A stretch of 64,000 bases of DNA from IMG/VR virus record IMGVR_UViG_3300013108_000188; one strand, given 5' to 3'. Position 1 is the stretch's first letter; each line of letters starts with the position of its first letter. This DNA comes from a virus. A program made the position numbers and the translations under genes. Positions 19,459 to 30,407 of the stretch are shown one piece after another. The notes below the pieces were generated by a model, which was given only the letters and a program-made list of their open reading frames with translations, had not been told where the DNA came from and ran no database searches.

Positions 19459-22400
19459 TTATCCAAGAACAGGTGGTTGTGCAATTGAGTGGTAGTTTGA
19501 GTCATTTTGTCCCATCATATAATCTCCACCGTAACCCCACATTAGGTACCTGTTATCAAATGTTCTAATTTCTCTAAAGTGGTATCTGTTACCATCTGTA
19601 GAGTAATAACCTCTTCCTCTTACATCTTCGATTCTGCCGTGTGCATAGTTCGGCATTCTTTGCATTTGGAAGTAATAGTCATCTGTTTCTTCTATGTTGT
19701 TTGTAGATTGTCTGTTAGTATAGTCAGAAGACCAACCTTGGCATCCAATTCCATAGTTGTTTCTTCCAGTATTAAACATAAATCCATCGTAAGTTAATAC
19801 CCATACATTACACATCCATTGGTTACCATATTCACTATTGCAACCTATGTCTTTAATATTTTCTAAATCAGCAGTTGTTGTTCCATTAATTTGCCATTTA
19901 GGATCAACAGCACTTGATTGGTTGTTGTTATTTCCAATTCCTAATTCATAAGAACCATTGTAACCACAACATTTTATAGCACCTGTACTATCTTTAGTCC
20001 AGAAACTTGCGTATCTTCCATTTCCAGTAAACCACATATTAGCGCAATATGAATTAGTTCCGCTTCCAGGTCCACCAGACATTTGAGTAAATGTATTAAC
20101 ATCTGTTGTATTTCCCATCATCGCCCATCCATATTCATTTCTTCCAGACCAATATATTTTACCTTTGTCTGTAAGAACAGCAACCCTTTGGTATGATTGT
20201 TGAGAATCAACTAATAATTTTTTAATTGTACCAGCGTTTGAAGAACCATTATCAAAGGTTACACCAGTTATTTCAGTTGGTACTGATAAGTTTGTTGTGT
20301 TACCTTGAGCAAGTACTCCATATCCATTATAACCCCAACTATATAATTTTCCAGCAGTATCTAAAGCGAAACAGAAAGCGTATCCTGCCCCAGCAGTCCA
20401 GAAAGCAAGAATCTTATTACCATTAAAGTAAGAAGTCTTGTTAATTTTAGTTGGTCTGTTTAAATTTGTAGTATTGTTTTGTCCTAATTGACCATAACCA
20501 TTATAACCCCACGCCCATAGTTCTCCGTCAGTATCTAACGCATAACAAGAGTGTGTATTTGTGTTATTGTCTCCGCCCCAATTAGTAACCCATATTCTTT
20601 TAATTTTTGTATCTTTTAAAGTGTGTGTTGAAGTGTTAGCAGCAAGATAAACTTCCTGATATGTTCCACCACATCTTACTGGATAACTTCTATTTGAAGT
20701 AGCAGCGTCACCACTTTGTCCGTGACCTCCGTAACCCCAATGGTATATTTCGCCATTATTAAATAATGCCATACCACTTTCATATCCAGATATTAATTGA
20801 AGTGCTTTAGGTGGTTCTCCATCAGGAGTAGTATGAACACCACTACCACCGTTATCTGTACTTCTATACCAATCTGTAAATGGGAAAGTCATTCCAACTC
20901 CCATTAATACAGAACCTTGATTAATTCCGTTTTGTCCATTTGAGTTTGAACCCCAACTTGTAATACCACCACGACCATTAATAAAACACGGCCAGTTAAC
21001 GCAATTAGCTTGTTGGAATTGTCCAGGTAATCTGTAATACTTGTTATCGTCTCCAATTGGACCATTTGTATTACATAGAGACATACACTCTAATCTGTTT
21101 CCTGTAAATCTTGTAGCATAACCTCTAGCTTTTTTACTTGTACTTGCAACATCAAAGGTTACATTTGAAGAAGAATAAAATATTTGTCCATCAAATCCTA
21201 ATTGGTCATTAGTAGCGTTATTTTCTCCACCAAATACTGGTGCTTCATTATCGTTATACCATTGTGCGTATTGTCTTCCTTGTCTATCGTCTTTGGCTAA
21301 ATTAATGTTTAATGCACCCCAAGTTCCTATTGCAGTAATCTTTAATACAACATCTGGAGCACCACCTCCACCGAAACTTGAATCAGCAAAAGTTAATTCT
21401 TCGTTAACAGCATATCCTAATCCACCCATATCACCACCAAGATTTTTCTTCGTAAGAACAGCTTTGGTTACTTTTCCTTCCATATCAACTTCAAAATCCC
21501 AATAGGAGTTTGAACCACCACCACTTGAAGAAGTATGGGTTACATTATTGTATTTTCCTTTTTTTCTTTTGTAATGAGCACTTGTTTCAATTGTCCAAGT
21601 TTTTGCAGATTGATAACCTTCTACTTCAACATCAAACATTGGAGGATTATATCCACCTGTTCTACCAGCATTTGAGTTTTCAGCAGCGGCAGTTATGTTT
21701 TTAGAATTAACAGACCAGTAAAATCCTTGTTTTCTACTTGGAGAAGCAGCAGATATGTTTGTAATTGTAGCAACAGCTCCACTATCTTCAACTATCTCAT
21801 CATCAAATTGCATTTCTTCTGAAATTCTTTCCCAATACTTATTGTCGTCTGTATCAACTTCTTGGTCCCAAGGTAAAAACTTACTTGTACCATCGCAAGT
21901 ATGCTGTCTTATACAAATATAAGTAGCTCTTGCAGATTGAATATGCTCTTGGTCCATAACCGTTTCAGAAAAGTCGTTATCTAAAGGAACAACTATTCTT
22001 ACTATGTCATTTGTGTAATAAGTTTGATATGAACCACTATCGTTTGTGTTATCGTGTTCACCTCTCCATTTAAATGATTGTCTAATCGGTTTCCAAATTG
22101 AATGGTCAGCAACAACTATTTTAGGACCCCAATTGGCACTTGGATTATCATAGTTAAACATATAAATTTCTTTAGGTGTTTCACTTGTAAAATCTATTCT
22201 AATTTCTCTTTTAGTAGCATTGTTAAAAGCTGATGAATTAAAATATTCATTAGTTGCCGTACCAGCACCAACAGCTTTACCATTTAAGAAATAGGTAACA
22301 TCTTTGTGGTATAAATTTGTATTTTTGTTTGTAGATGAATCTGAAAAAGCAATTTTGTTATCATCAAAATCGTTTCCATCTTGGTGTAAAACTAAAGTAT

Positions 22401-22677
22401 CACCAATTTTATATTGTACTTCTGATTGAGGCCAAGCAGCTTCACCATCCCATTTATATGCGTTAGAACCTGTACTAGCTGAAACAGCTTTAGTAATTCT
22501 GACATATCTTCTTTGATTGTCTACTGGAGCAGTTCCCGTTGTAGCAGAATTCTTTGTACAAATCCAATCTGTGTTGTTGTACATAACAACATCGTCTTTA
22601 TAATATGTTTTTGTACTTGAATATTCTCCTTGATAATTGAAGAACAGATTTCCAATTCTAGTTTTTGTTGTTGCCAT
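19459..22677 (-). CDS. Large virion protein with RCC1-like propeller
   Basis: Repeats LWAWGYNGYGQLG, LYSWGYNGYGVLA, IYWSGRNEYG; N-terminal YQGEY...DDVV module. Confidence 0.75.
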   Translation of the reverse strand: MATTKTRIGNLFFNYQGEYSSTKTYYKDDVVMYNNTDWICTKNSATTGTAPVDNQRRYVRITKAVSASTGSNAYKWDGEAAWPQSEVQYKIGDTLVLHQDGNDFDDNKIAFSDSSTNKNTNLYHKDVTYFLNGKAVGAGTATNEYFNSSAFNNATKREIRIDFTSETPKEIYMFNYDNPSANWGPKIVVADHSIWKPIRQSFKWRGEHDNTNDSGSYQTYYTNDIVRIVVPLDNDFSETVMDQEHIQSARATYICIRQHTCDGTSKFLPWDQEVDTDDNKYWERISEEMQFDDEIVEDSGAVATITNISAASPSRKQGFYWSVNSKNITAAAENSNAGRTGGYNPPMFDVEVEGYQSAKTWTIETSAHYKRKKGKYNNVTHTSSSGGGSNSYWDFEVDMEGKVTKAVLTKKNLGGDMGGLGYAVNEELTFADSSFGGGGAPDVVLKITAIGTWGALNINLAKDDRQGRQYAQWYNDNEAPVFGGENNATNDQLGFDGQIFYSSSNVTFDVASTSKKARGYATRFTGNRLECMSLCNTNGPIGDDNKYYRLPGQFQQANCVNWPCFINGRGGITSWGSNSNGQNGINQGSVLMGVGMTFPFTDWYRSTDNGGSGVHTTPDGEPPKALQLISGYESGMALFNNGEIYHWGYGGHGQSGDAATSNRSYPVRCGGTYQEVYLAANTSTHTLKDTKIKRIWVTNWGGDNNTNTHSCYALDTDGELWAWGYNGYGQLGQNNTTNLNRPTKINKTSYFNGNKILAFWTAGAGYAFCFALDTAGKLYSWGYNGYGVLAQGNTTNLSVPTEITGVTFDNGSSNAGTIKKLLVDSQQSYQRVAVLTDKGKIYWSGRNEYGWAMMGNTTDVNTFTQMSGGPGSGTNSYCANMWFTGNGRYASFWTKDSTGAIKCCGYNGSYELGIGNNNNQSSAVDPKWQINGTTTADLENIKDIGCNSEYGNQWMCNVWVLTYDGFMFNTGRNNYGIGCQGWSSDYTNRQSTNNIEETDDYYFQMQRMPNYAHGRIEDVRGRGYYSTDGNRYHFREIRTFDNRYLMWGYGGDYMMGQNDSNYHSIAQPPVLG

Positions 22678-22699
22678 TGTTTATCTTCCTAATTTACTA

Positions 22700-22707
22700 T
22701 ATTTATA
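22700..22707 (-). promoter_or_regulatory. T4-type late promoter TATAAATA
   Basis: TATTTATA on the + strand about 25 nt upstream of the 1072-aa ORF start. Confidence 0.6.
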
Positions 22708-25700
22708 TTGTTTCTATTACCAAATCTCCAGCTTTGTCTATATTAATTTGCATAGTGCCGTTGATAAATTCAAATCCTTCAGCTTTATCTGTACCATCAA
22801 AACGAGTACTTTCTTTTTGGATTAGTTCATTAGCATTTGTAATAACTCTTCGTTTTAATGCCAAATCAACATCATCAATTGAAAGTGTTTGTAATGTTGG
22901 AGTACCTTGCGAATCAACATATGATTTATTAACTATGTCGTTAGCAGCCGAAGGTGTAATTCCTATTTGTGTTTGTGCGTTTAATGTAATTATACCATCG
23001 TTTTGTGTTCCAATAGTTAAATTAACATCTGTTCCACTTAATCCTGTTGTAGAAATAGTTTGTCCTGTTGCAGTAATTGAACCTGCCGTTAATGAGTTAA
23101 CTGACAAGTCGTTTTGACCACCACCAAGTTGTCCATCTACATAAGTCTTAATAGCTCTTTCGGTTACAAGAGCAGTATCAGAATTGTCTGCCAATGTTCC
23201 GTCTGTACTAAATTCAGCAATTGTAGCACCAAAGTTTCCTTGAGCACTTGAACCTAAACTTAATTCTTGTAATCCAGAAAGGTCAAATGCTTCGGCATTC
23301 AATGTTGCCTTACCAGTTGCCTGTTCAATTTTAAATAGATTACCTACTCTAAAGTTACCATCTTGGTCTGTTGAAGAATAGAATACTCTTCCTCTATCAG
23401 CTTCATAGATTTCATCATTAGCGTCTGCCGCCTGTGTTGGAGCATTTGGATAATTAGTTGTTGCAATATCTCCAGTACCAACATCTAGGAAGTCGTGTCC
23501 TGTTAATCTTATGTTTGAGTAATTACTTCTTAAAGTAGCAGTTTCAGCGTGAGTTGGTTTGTTAGCAGTTGTAAATTTAGGATTTACTCTAACCGTTCCA
23601 GCACCAGCAGAATATCCTGTAACCGCCACAACATAGTAAGCTTGTCCAGTTATTCCAGCAAACTCTACAATGTCTCCACCTGTAGGTGATTTTGATAATC
23701 CTGTTAATCTAACAAAGGCAGTACCTTCACTTGATATTTCAGCATAACCATTACCAGATATAGTAGCAGTTGTTGTTTCTGTTTTGTATCCAGAACCAGC
23801 AGTTCCAACCGTTGTTTGTGATATTACTCCATCTCCTATTTCAGAAGTAGCAGTACCAACCGTTGAAGCGTTAGGGTCTGTAATTGTTACCGTTGGTGCA
23901 GAAGAATAACCAGCACCTCCGTCTAATATATAAATTTTTGAAATTTGTTGATTATCTACAACAGCTCTAGCGAGTGCGTCTCTTGTTGGAGAACCACCAC
24001 CAGAAATAGTCACTCTTGGTTCTATTTCGTAACCAGATGTTGTATCAAAAGTTGTTGCAGAAGATAAACCAGAGTTTACCCATACATCCCAACCTGCAGT
24101 ACCATTATTTTTTTGTACCGTACAAGTTTTTGTAGAAGCAACATAGTCAGTTATGATTGCAGTATTACCGTAACCAGTTCCAGTATAAACATTTATTCTC
24201 ATTCCATTATAGAAATCGTCTGGTTGTGAATCAGAAGCAGCAAGTTTTAATGTAGTTGAAGTTCCTGATTGTGCAAATCCTGAAGTTGTAAAGTGAGTTG
24301 AACCATTTGTTGCAACTTTAATATGTTTTACAGCACCATCGTTAAATGAAGCAGTAGCGGCACCTGAAGCACCAGAACCAGCAAACGCAATAGTGGCAGA
24401 AGAATAACTTTCCCCAGCGTATTCAAATTCTAATCTTCCAATACCTGAACCAGCAATTAATACTCTTCCTACTCTTGCTTCGTTGTTTCTTAAATCTACC
24501 GTTCCAGTATAAGGTGTTTCTGAAGCGTCAATACCAGCAGCAGTTGAACCATATTCTCCATAAGAGTTGTTAGAGTTCAAACTTCTGATAACAGCTCCAC
24601 TATCAGCCAAATAACCGTGATGGCAGTAATAAGTGAATACTGATACTAATTCTGATTTAGCATTTGATAATGCCCATACACCAATACCATCACTTGAAAT
24701 TTGTGTAAAGTCGTTTGCAAGAATTGAAGCATATCCACCACCGTGTAGTGAACCATCAATCTTAATACCAACTGAACCAGTTCCAAAGTGTGTACAATTT
24801 TGTATAAATGGAGATTTATATTCAATCCAAGCAGAATTGTCTGTAGTACCTGTACCTGGGTCTAAAGCGATAACTACACCTGAACGAGTAGCACCGTCAG
24901 CAGTATTTGGTCTTGCTACGCCATTTGCGTCAGCAGCACCCATAGTTCCTAACATTCCAGAGAAAGTCATACCAGTCATCGTCACTCCATCCCTAACTCT
25001 AAACATATCAGCTCTTGCGTTAGGTGTGTTAGTTAGACCACTTGCAGTTGAATTTCCTGAAGCAGGTTTAATTTTTGTACTTCTTACTCCATCACCAATA
25101 ATTTGTGTGTTCGCAGGAACAACAATTGGTAATGCTTCTGAATATGTTCCAGTTTTAACATAAAGCGTTTTATTAACCGTATCTCTTGGATAAGTTTTAG
25201 TTCCTTCAGAACAAGTATAAACTATTCCAGATAATTTAACTTTATCACCTGTTGTTAATCCGTGAACAGCAGAAGTAGTAATTGTTACCACACCTGTTGA
25301 GTTGTTATACGGAGCGTCTGAAATTGAAAGTGTACTATAGTCTGATTTAGTTACCGTACCACCACTTGAATAAGTGTGAGCATAACTTGAAGTAGCTAAA
25401 GTAATTGTAAATATTGTTGTGTTTGTAACCGTAACCGTGTAATCTAATCCAGAGTTACCTGTGTCTTTCATCCAATTACAAGCATATGCTATTGTTGCCC
25501 AAGGTTTATCTAAAGAAGTTCCTCTACCAGTATCACTACTTGGTAAAGCGTCTGTACCGTGAGGTGCAACAAAATATACATTGTCATTAGTTTGAGCAAG
25601 TGCCCAAGCAACATCTGTACCATCAGATTTTAACATTGAGCCAGTTGTACCAATAGGTAATCTGACATTCTGTGTTGCGTTTCTAGTTAATAAATCTCCA

Positions 25701-26689
25701 CGAGTTGTGGTTACGAAGTTTGAATCTCCTTCAGCAAGTAAGTCCCAATAAACTCCACCAGTATCGTAATCTGGTCTTTTAGCGTCACCAGCGACAGCAG
25801 AAGAAGTGTGTGCTAATTTACATCTATAAGAAGATGAACCATAAGCAACAGCGTCACCTGGAGCATAAGCAGTTGCGTCTGCCCAAGTATCATTCCATTT
25901 TAAACCTTCGTTTAATAAATCCCAATTTGTAGTGTTTGTTGGAACAACACCTGTTGCGTCTGTTTTTGCAACATAAGTGTGACCACCATATTGGACTACA
26001 TCACCAGTTTTATAAGCAGTTGCACCTGCATAGGTACCAACCATCTTATAACCAGTTGTTAAAATTTCCCATTTAGTAGCATTGTTGTATGGTGTTTCGC
26101 CAGTACTTTGTACTACAGCAACATAATTGTATCCACCATAAGATACAATGTCTCCAGCTTGATAAGCTGTTCCAGCGTTGTATGAATCTTCAAATTCTAA
26201 TCCTGAAACGAATAAAGCAAATTTAGCAGTATCTATTGTAGAAGCGGCAGTATGTTCTACGGTACAGATATAAACATTTGCACCATATTTTGCTAAATCA
26301 TTTACTTTATAAGCAGTACCATTTGTGTAAGTACCTTTCCAAGCAAATCCTGGAACAAAAGATGTCCATTTTGATGTATCGTCATATAAGTCTGTTTGTG
26401 AAGTGTGTGCTTCATTACAAGCGAAGGTAGAACCTCCCCATTGTACAACATCGTCTACTTTATAAAATGTAGTAGCTGCCCAAGCACCTTTCCAGTCTTG
26501 CCCAGCTGCCATCTTTTTCCATTTTGTTGATGTAAGGTCTGTTTCAAAAGCTGCTGAAGATGTATGGTTCGCCATTGCAACGAAACTATTTCCACCATAT
26601 CTTACAACATCATCTTTAATATAAGCGGTTGCGGTAACCCAATCACCTTTGAAGTGAAATTTAAGTCTACCTAAAATAAAATCTGCCAT
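22703..26689 (-). CDS. Large tail/fibre-type structural protein with tandem N-terminal W/Y-rich repeats and a beta-helix-like region
   Basis: About six tandem repeats of type WKGxW..xxxYKxxDVVxYGGxxY; YFVAPHGTD...PWATIAYA and LYVKTGTYSE (pectin-lyase-like entry); GAGYSSAPTVTI repeats. Confidence 0.7.
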   Translation of the reverse strand: MADFILGRLKFHFKGDWVTATAYIKDDVVRYGGNSFVAMANHTSSAAFETDLTSTKWKKMAAGQDWKGAWAATTFYKVDDVVQWGGSTFACNEAHTSQTDLYDDTSKWTSFVPGFAWKGTYTNGTAYKVNDLAKYGANVYICTVEHTAASTIDTAKFALFVSGLEFEDSYNAGTAYQAGDIVSYGGYNYVAVVQSTGETPYNNATKWEILTTGYKMVGTYAGATAYKTGDVVQYGGHTYVAKTDATGVVPTNTTNWDLLNEGLKWNDTWADATAYAPGDAVAYGSSSYRCKLAHTSSAVAGDAKRPDYDTGGVYWDLLAEGDSNFVTTTRGDLLTRNATQNVRLPIGTTGSMLKSDGTDVAWALAQTNDNVYFVAPHGTDALPSSDTGRGTSLDKPWATIAYACNWMKDTGNSGLDYTVTVTNTTIFTITLATSSYAHTYSSGGTVTKSDYSTLSISDAPYNNSTGVVTITTSAVHGLTTGDKVKLSGIVYTCSEGTKTYPRDTVNKTLYVKTGTYSEALPIVVPANTQIIGDGVRSTKIKPASGNSTASGLTNTPNARADMFRVRDGVTMTGMTFSGMLGTMGAADANGVARPNTADGATRSGVVIALDPGTGTTDNSAWIEYKSPFIQNCTHFGTGSVGIKIDGSLHGGGYASILANDFTQISSDGIGVWALSNAKSELVSVFTYYCHHGYLADSGAVIRSLNSNNSYGEYGSTAAGIDASETPYTGTVDLRNNEARVGRVLIAGSGIGRLEFEYAGESYSSATIAFAGSGASGAATASFNDGAVKHIKVATNGSTHFTTSGFAQSGTSTTLKLAASDSQPDDFYNGMRINVYTGTGYGNTAIITDYVASTKTCTVQKNNGTAGWDVWVNSGLSSATTFDTTSGYEIEPRVTISGGGSPTRDALARAVVDNQQISKIYILDGGAGYSSAPTVTITDPNASTVGTATSEIGDGVISQTTVGTAGSGYKTETTTATISGNGYAEISSEGTAFVRLTGLSKSPTGGDIVEFAGITGQAYYVVAVTGYSAGAGTVRVNPKFTTANKPTHAETATLRSNYSNIRLTGHDFLDVGTGDIATTNYPNAPTQAADANDEIYEADRGRVFYSSTDQDGNFRVGNLFKIEQATGKATLNAEAFDLSGLQELSLGSSAQGNFGATIAEFSTDGTLADNSDTALVTERAIKTYVDGQLGGGQNDLSVNSLTAGSITATGQTISTTGLSGTDVNLTIGTQNDGIITLNAQTQIGITPSAANDIVNKSYVDSQGTPTLQTLSIDDVDLALKRRVITNANELIQKESTRFDGTDKAEGFEFINGTMQINIDKAGDLVIETI

Positions 26690-26714
26690 TTTTATCTCTC
26701 TCTAATTTTTAATT

Positions 26715-27212
26715 TTACAAATACCTTTCCTGATTGGCCTGTGTATAATAAACGCCACCAGCGGGTATCCAGTTATTACCAGTTGTTGAAGTTGCCGTTT
26801 CTGTAGCAGCATATGTATAGTCGTGTTGGTATCTCGCAACTAACATTCCTTCATCATTAATAAAATAAAAAAGTTTCAATGGGTCAAATCTAACCTGTTG
26901 ATACTTTCTAAACTTAGCATTTGTTTGATAATGGTCGTCTGTACTCTCATCATAATCACTTTGTAGTGTATTCTGAACGGTAGTACCATCACTTGCTTTA
27001 CCTATTGCAAGTCCTTCAAAACCATTATAACCAAAACCTTGTCCGTCGTTAACATCAATAGTATCAGTACTATCAAGTTTAGTCTTTGTGTAAATTAAAA
27101 GACCATTAACATCACGGTTTAGGGCGTGCATAGCGTATTCATTTGAAATCTGAAAACCAGCAGCGTCTACTCCTACAGCGGTTGAAGCTCCTGTTGCTAA
27201 TGCTAATGCCAT
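26715..27212 (-). CDS. Hypothetical virion-associated protein (165 aa)
   Basis: ORF with GAGG RBS and tandem late promoters upstream. Confidence 0.6.
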   Translation of the reverse strand: MALALATGASTAVGVDAAGFQISNEYAMHALNRDVNGLLIYTKTKLDSTDTIDVNDGQGFGYNGFEGLAIGKASDGTTVQNTLQSDYDESTDDHYQTNAKFRKYQQVRFDPLKLFYFINDEGMLVARYQHDYTYAATETATSTTGNNWIPAGGVYYTQANQERYL

Positions 27213-27233
27213 TTAATAATTCCTCTTTTGTTA

Positions 27234-27250
27234 TATTTATACTATTTATA
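27234..27250 (-). promoter_or_regulatory. Tandem T4-type late promoters TATAAATA (27234-27241 and 27243-27250)
   Basis: Two TATTTATA copies on the + strand in one short intergenic gap. Confidence 0.65.
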
Positions 27251-27255
27251 ATCTA

Positions 27256-27585
27256 TTATGTGTTCTCTAATACAGATATAAATGTGTCTGTATCTGCCAC
27301 ATTACTCACTACTCTTATTATATCATTTGCTTCTAAATTGACTGGTTTGTCTAATATAAAAGTGTTATTTTGTGGGATTATACAACCTTTTATAATACTT
27401 TTAAAAGTTGTTCCACCATCTACCGTTGCCGATACATCTACTACTGCTTGAGTAGCAGCATTCTTATTTGAGATATAAACAGCGTGTAATACGGCAGTTC
27501 CATTAGAAGGAGCAGTATATACATTTGCACCTACACCATCAGTTGTTGGATTTGCCTGTCCAGCATTTTTAAAAGCACTTGCCAT
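27256..27585 (-). CDS. Small virion structural protein (109 aa)
   Basis: Beta-rich (VYTAPS, LDKPVNLEANDII), of the kind seen in fibre regions of marine myoviruses. Confidence 0.55.
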   Translation of the reverse strand: MASAFKNAGQANPTTDGVGANVYTAPSNGTAVLHAVYISNKNAATQAVVDVSATVDGGTTFKSIIKGCIIPQNNTFILDKPVNLEANDIIRVVSNVADTDTFISVLENT

Positions 27586-27591
27586 TGTTTA

Positions 27592-27972
27592 TTATCCCCC
27601 AAATACTACAGCAAAAGCAAGAATATCTCCTGTTAATGCCAAAGTTCCACTTGAATTTGGTAGTTTAACCGTTCTATCAGCAGTCGGGTCTTCTACCGTT
27701 AATGTTGTTTCGTAGGCGTCAGGTGTAGCACCTTCAAATATTATATTTGCATTATTAAAAAATATGTCAGTAGTTGTTGTATTACCAGCATTTAATACTG
27801 ATTGAATATTAACAGCACTTGCACCACCAACTTCTTTAATAGTACTCGCATTTAATTTTGTAAAAAACTTACCATCAGCGACATTCATCGCCAATTCGCC
27901 AATCTCTAAATCACTTACACTAGGGACAGCGGCGGAAGTAAAACTTCGTTTTGGTTTAAGAACGGTAGCCAT
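27592..27972 (-). CDS. Short tail-fibre-like protein
   Basis: N-terminal LKPKRS...P...DLEIGELAMNVADGK fibre head motif; FEGAT...DPTADRTVKLP module. Confidence 0.6.
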   Translation of the reverse strand: MATVLKPKRSFTSAAVPSVSDLEIGELAMNVADGKFFTKLNASTIKEVGGASAVNIQSVLNAGNTTTTDIFFNNANIIFEGATPDAYETTLTVEDPTADRTVKLPNSSGTLALTGDILAFAVVFGG

Positions 27973-29711
27973 TAGAACGACCCACCATCAATAGTAGTAA
28001 CCTCAACGGCACCACTTGTTACCGTGAAGTTATCAGTACTAAACGAAGCAACTCCTTTATTTGTTGTTGTAGCATCCTCACCAGCAATAGTAATTGCAGA
28101 ACCTGAAGCAGTCGTATCAATTCCTTCGCCAGCAGTAAAAGTTAATGTACCACCAAGACTAACCGTACCTGTTCCAGATTCACCAGCAAGTGAAACACTT
28201 GGATCAGCAAGTTTAGAGTTAGCAATACTTCCTGCCAACATCGCATTTGTAATACCACCAGCTTTAACTTGTAAAGCGTCTGACACAACAGCGATTGAAG
28301 CGTCATCTACATTAACATCTAAAGTATTCCCAGCTTTTACAAGAGCAGCACCAGCTACTACTTGTCCAGCACCCGAGAATTGTGATACTGGTAATTCTGT
28401 ATTGTTAGATAATGTGTTGTCTGTTAGTGTTGGTATACCATTGTGAGTAAATGTATAACCATTATCACTATTAGCAGTTCCTTCTTCAACGAAAGTAAAT
28501 GAACCACCAGTTAATTGAGCACCTGTATTAGTATCGGAACTTCTTTCCATTCTCCAATTAGAAGAGTTAGAACCAACATCTGTTACCTTGTAGATTCCAT
28601 TTTGTCTTGCTTCTGTTTGGTCTTTAACTAATACTCTATCGTTAACTGATAAGGTAACACCATCTATTGATAAAGCGGCCTGTGTTCCAGCATTATCTAA
28701 TCTTTTGTTTGTTTGGTCATAAGTAACCGTTAAGTTAGCAGTAGTAGCAACTCTACAACTATCTTTAACATCTAATCCTGAAGTAAATCCATCAACATAC
28801 TCTTTAGTAGCTAAAGCGTCAGCACCAAAACCTGCTCTATCTTTATATCCACTAGGTACGGTTACAACACCAGTTCCGTGTGGAGTTAAAGTAATGTCTT
28901 TGTTTCCAGCAGTTGTTGAAACATCTTGTCCATTTAAAGTTAAGTCATCAACAACAACACTTGTTAAACTTGTAAGGTCTGTTATTGCAGAACCACCTAA
29001 TTCAACAGCAGTTCCTCCAATGGTAACACTATCGTTTGCCAATTTAGCATTGGTTACACCAGAGTTTGTAAGTTGAGTTGTTCCAATTGAAGCGTCTTGT
29101 ACTTTAATTGTAATTGTATTCGCAGTAGCGGCAGTATCAATTGTTCCATCACCTGTAAGTAATAAAGAGTCAGCAGTTGAATAGTTAATTGATGTTCCAG
29201 TACTATCAGTTAAAGTTAATGTTGTATCAACATCAGCAAAACCTAATTGTGCTTCTGAACCACTTGCCGAGGTTACTTTTACGAATTGTCCAGCACTTCC
29301 AGCACCATCAGGTAATAAAAGTGTAGATGAATTTGTTAATGATAACGGAGCTTTTAAAACAACATTGTTTGAACCGTTGTTTAATGCTTCGTTAAATGTA
29401 ATTTGACCTGAATCAGTATTTGAGTTACCAAATACCATTTGGTCAATTCTGTTATTTGAATCTGTTGTTATTAATTTTTCTGAACCAACTACACCGTTTG
29501 TTGTAGGAAATAAACTTGTAAAATACTTACCACCAATTACATCAATATCATTTGCGTCACCATTTCCATCAACCCCACCTGTACCAGCAAATAATCTATC
29601 TCCATTATTTCCAGCAGTTCCAGTTCCATAAGTTAAAGCTAATTCTCCAAGTTTTAGTGTACTAGGAGCGGTTGTGTTAGCACTTCTTTTTATTCGTATT
29701 ATTGTTGCCAT
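27972..29711 (-). CDS. Tail fibre protein
   Basis: IRIKRS...LKLGELA start; ATKEYVD...GLDVKDSCRVATT, DRVLVKDQT...NGIY fibre domain; T/G/S/A-rich; ends DGGSF. Confidence 0.75.
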   Translation of the reverse strand: MATIIRIKRSANTTAPSTLKLGELALTYGTGTAGNNGDRLFAGTGGVDGNGDANDIDVIGGKYFTSLFPTTNGVVGSEKLITTDSNNRIDQMVFGNSNTDSGQITFNEALNNGSNNVVLKAPLSLTNSSTLLLPDGAGSAGQFVKVTSASGSEAQLGFADVDTTLTLTDSTGTSINYSTADSLLLTGDGTIDTAATANTITIKVQDASIGTTQLTNSGVTNAKLANDSVTIGGTAVELGGSAITDLTSLTSVVVDDLTLNGQDVSTTAGNKDITLTPHGTGVVTVPSGYKDRAGFGADALATKEYVDGFTSGLDVKDSCRVATTANLTVTYDQTNKRLDNAGTQAALSIDGVTLSVNDRVLVKDQTEARQNGIYKVTDVGSNSSNWRMERSSDTNTGAQLTGGSFTFVEEGTANSDNGYTFTHNGIPTLTDNTLSNNTELPVSQFSGAGQVVAGAALVKAGNTLDVNVDDASIAVVSDALQVKAGGITNAMLAGSIANSKLADPSVSLAGESGTGTVSLGGTLTFTAGEGIDTTASGSAITIAGEDATTTNKGVASFSTDNFTVTSGAVEVTTIDGGSF

Positions 29712-29727
29712 ATCTTATTCTCTCTTT

Positions 29728-29985
29728 TTAAAATGAACCACCATTTAAAGTTATAGAACCTGTTGTAGTTGTGATTTCGTCTCTTACAACAAACTTATCA
29801 CTTGTTGCAGAATACTGAATCATAGAACCATCAGCCAGGGTAGACGAGTCTACATCAGCTAATAGTCTAAATTTTAATGTTGCGTTGGTTACAGCAGTTT
29901 GAGACGCTGCTCCAGCAGGCATAGTAACCGATACTTGTTGAGGTCTACTAATTGTTGAGTCTATTCTAGCTTTTATTTGAGACAC
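29728..29985 (-). CDS. Small fibre-associated protein (85 aa)
   Basis: LADVDSSTLADGSMIQY; ends NGGSF like its neighbour. Confidence 0.55.
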   Translation of the reverse strand: MSQIKARIDSTISRPQQVSVTMPAGAASQTAVTNATLKFRLLADVDSSTLADGSMIQYSATSDKFVVRDEITTTTGSITLNGGSF

Positions 29986-30010
29986 TTCTTTTCTCCCTTT
30001 ATTGTGTTAA

Positions 30011-30018
30011 TATTTATA
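30011..30018 (-). promoter_or_regulatory. T4-type late promoter TATAAATA
   Basis: TATTTATA on the + strand in the intergenic gap. Confidence 0.65.
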
Positions 30019-30065
30019 CCAAATGGCAATTCAAATATTAATCAATTTTGAAGTATTTAGAGAAT

Positions 30066-30407
30066 TTAGACGGTAACATTAGGACGAACGGTAATAATAC
30101 CTTCTATGACTCTGGTTACTACAGAATCACTAGTCCTAGTAACCTCTACATCATAAACATATCTGCTTGGTGCGTCCAAGGCAGCTGTTTGAGCAGAAGT
30201 TAGTGATAATGTGATAATTCCTGTAGTCGGATTCGCTACAGCAGTTGTCATTGTAGTCCGTGTCTTTGTACTTTCATACCCTTTAGCCATTTTGGCCTCT
30301 ACGGTATGACCTGTTAAATCCCAAGCTGCTCCATCACTTCCTGCCAATGTTATATTACTAGAAAATGTAGTGCCTTGGTCTATTCGTAGGTTAGCAATCG
30401 CCGCCAT
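30066..30407 (-). CDS. Ig-like virion adaptor protein (BppU N-terminal-like)
   Basis: NLRIDQGTTF, DLTGHT, GIITLSLTSAQT, RYVYDVE, RVIEGIITVRP. Confidence 0.6.
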   Translation of the reverse strand: MAAIANLRIDQGTTFSSNITLAGSDGAAWDLTGHTVEAKMAKGYESTKTRTTMTTAVANPTTGIITLSLTSAQTAALDAPSRYVYDVEVTRTSDSVVTRVIEGIITVRPNVTV

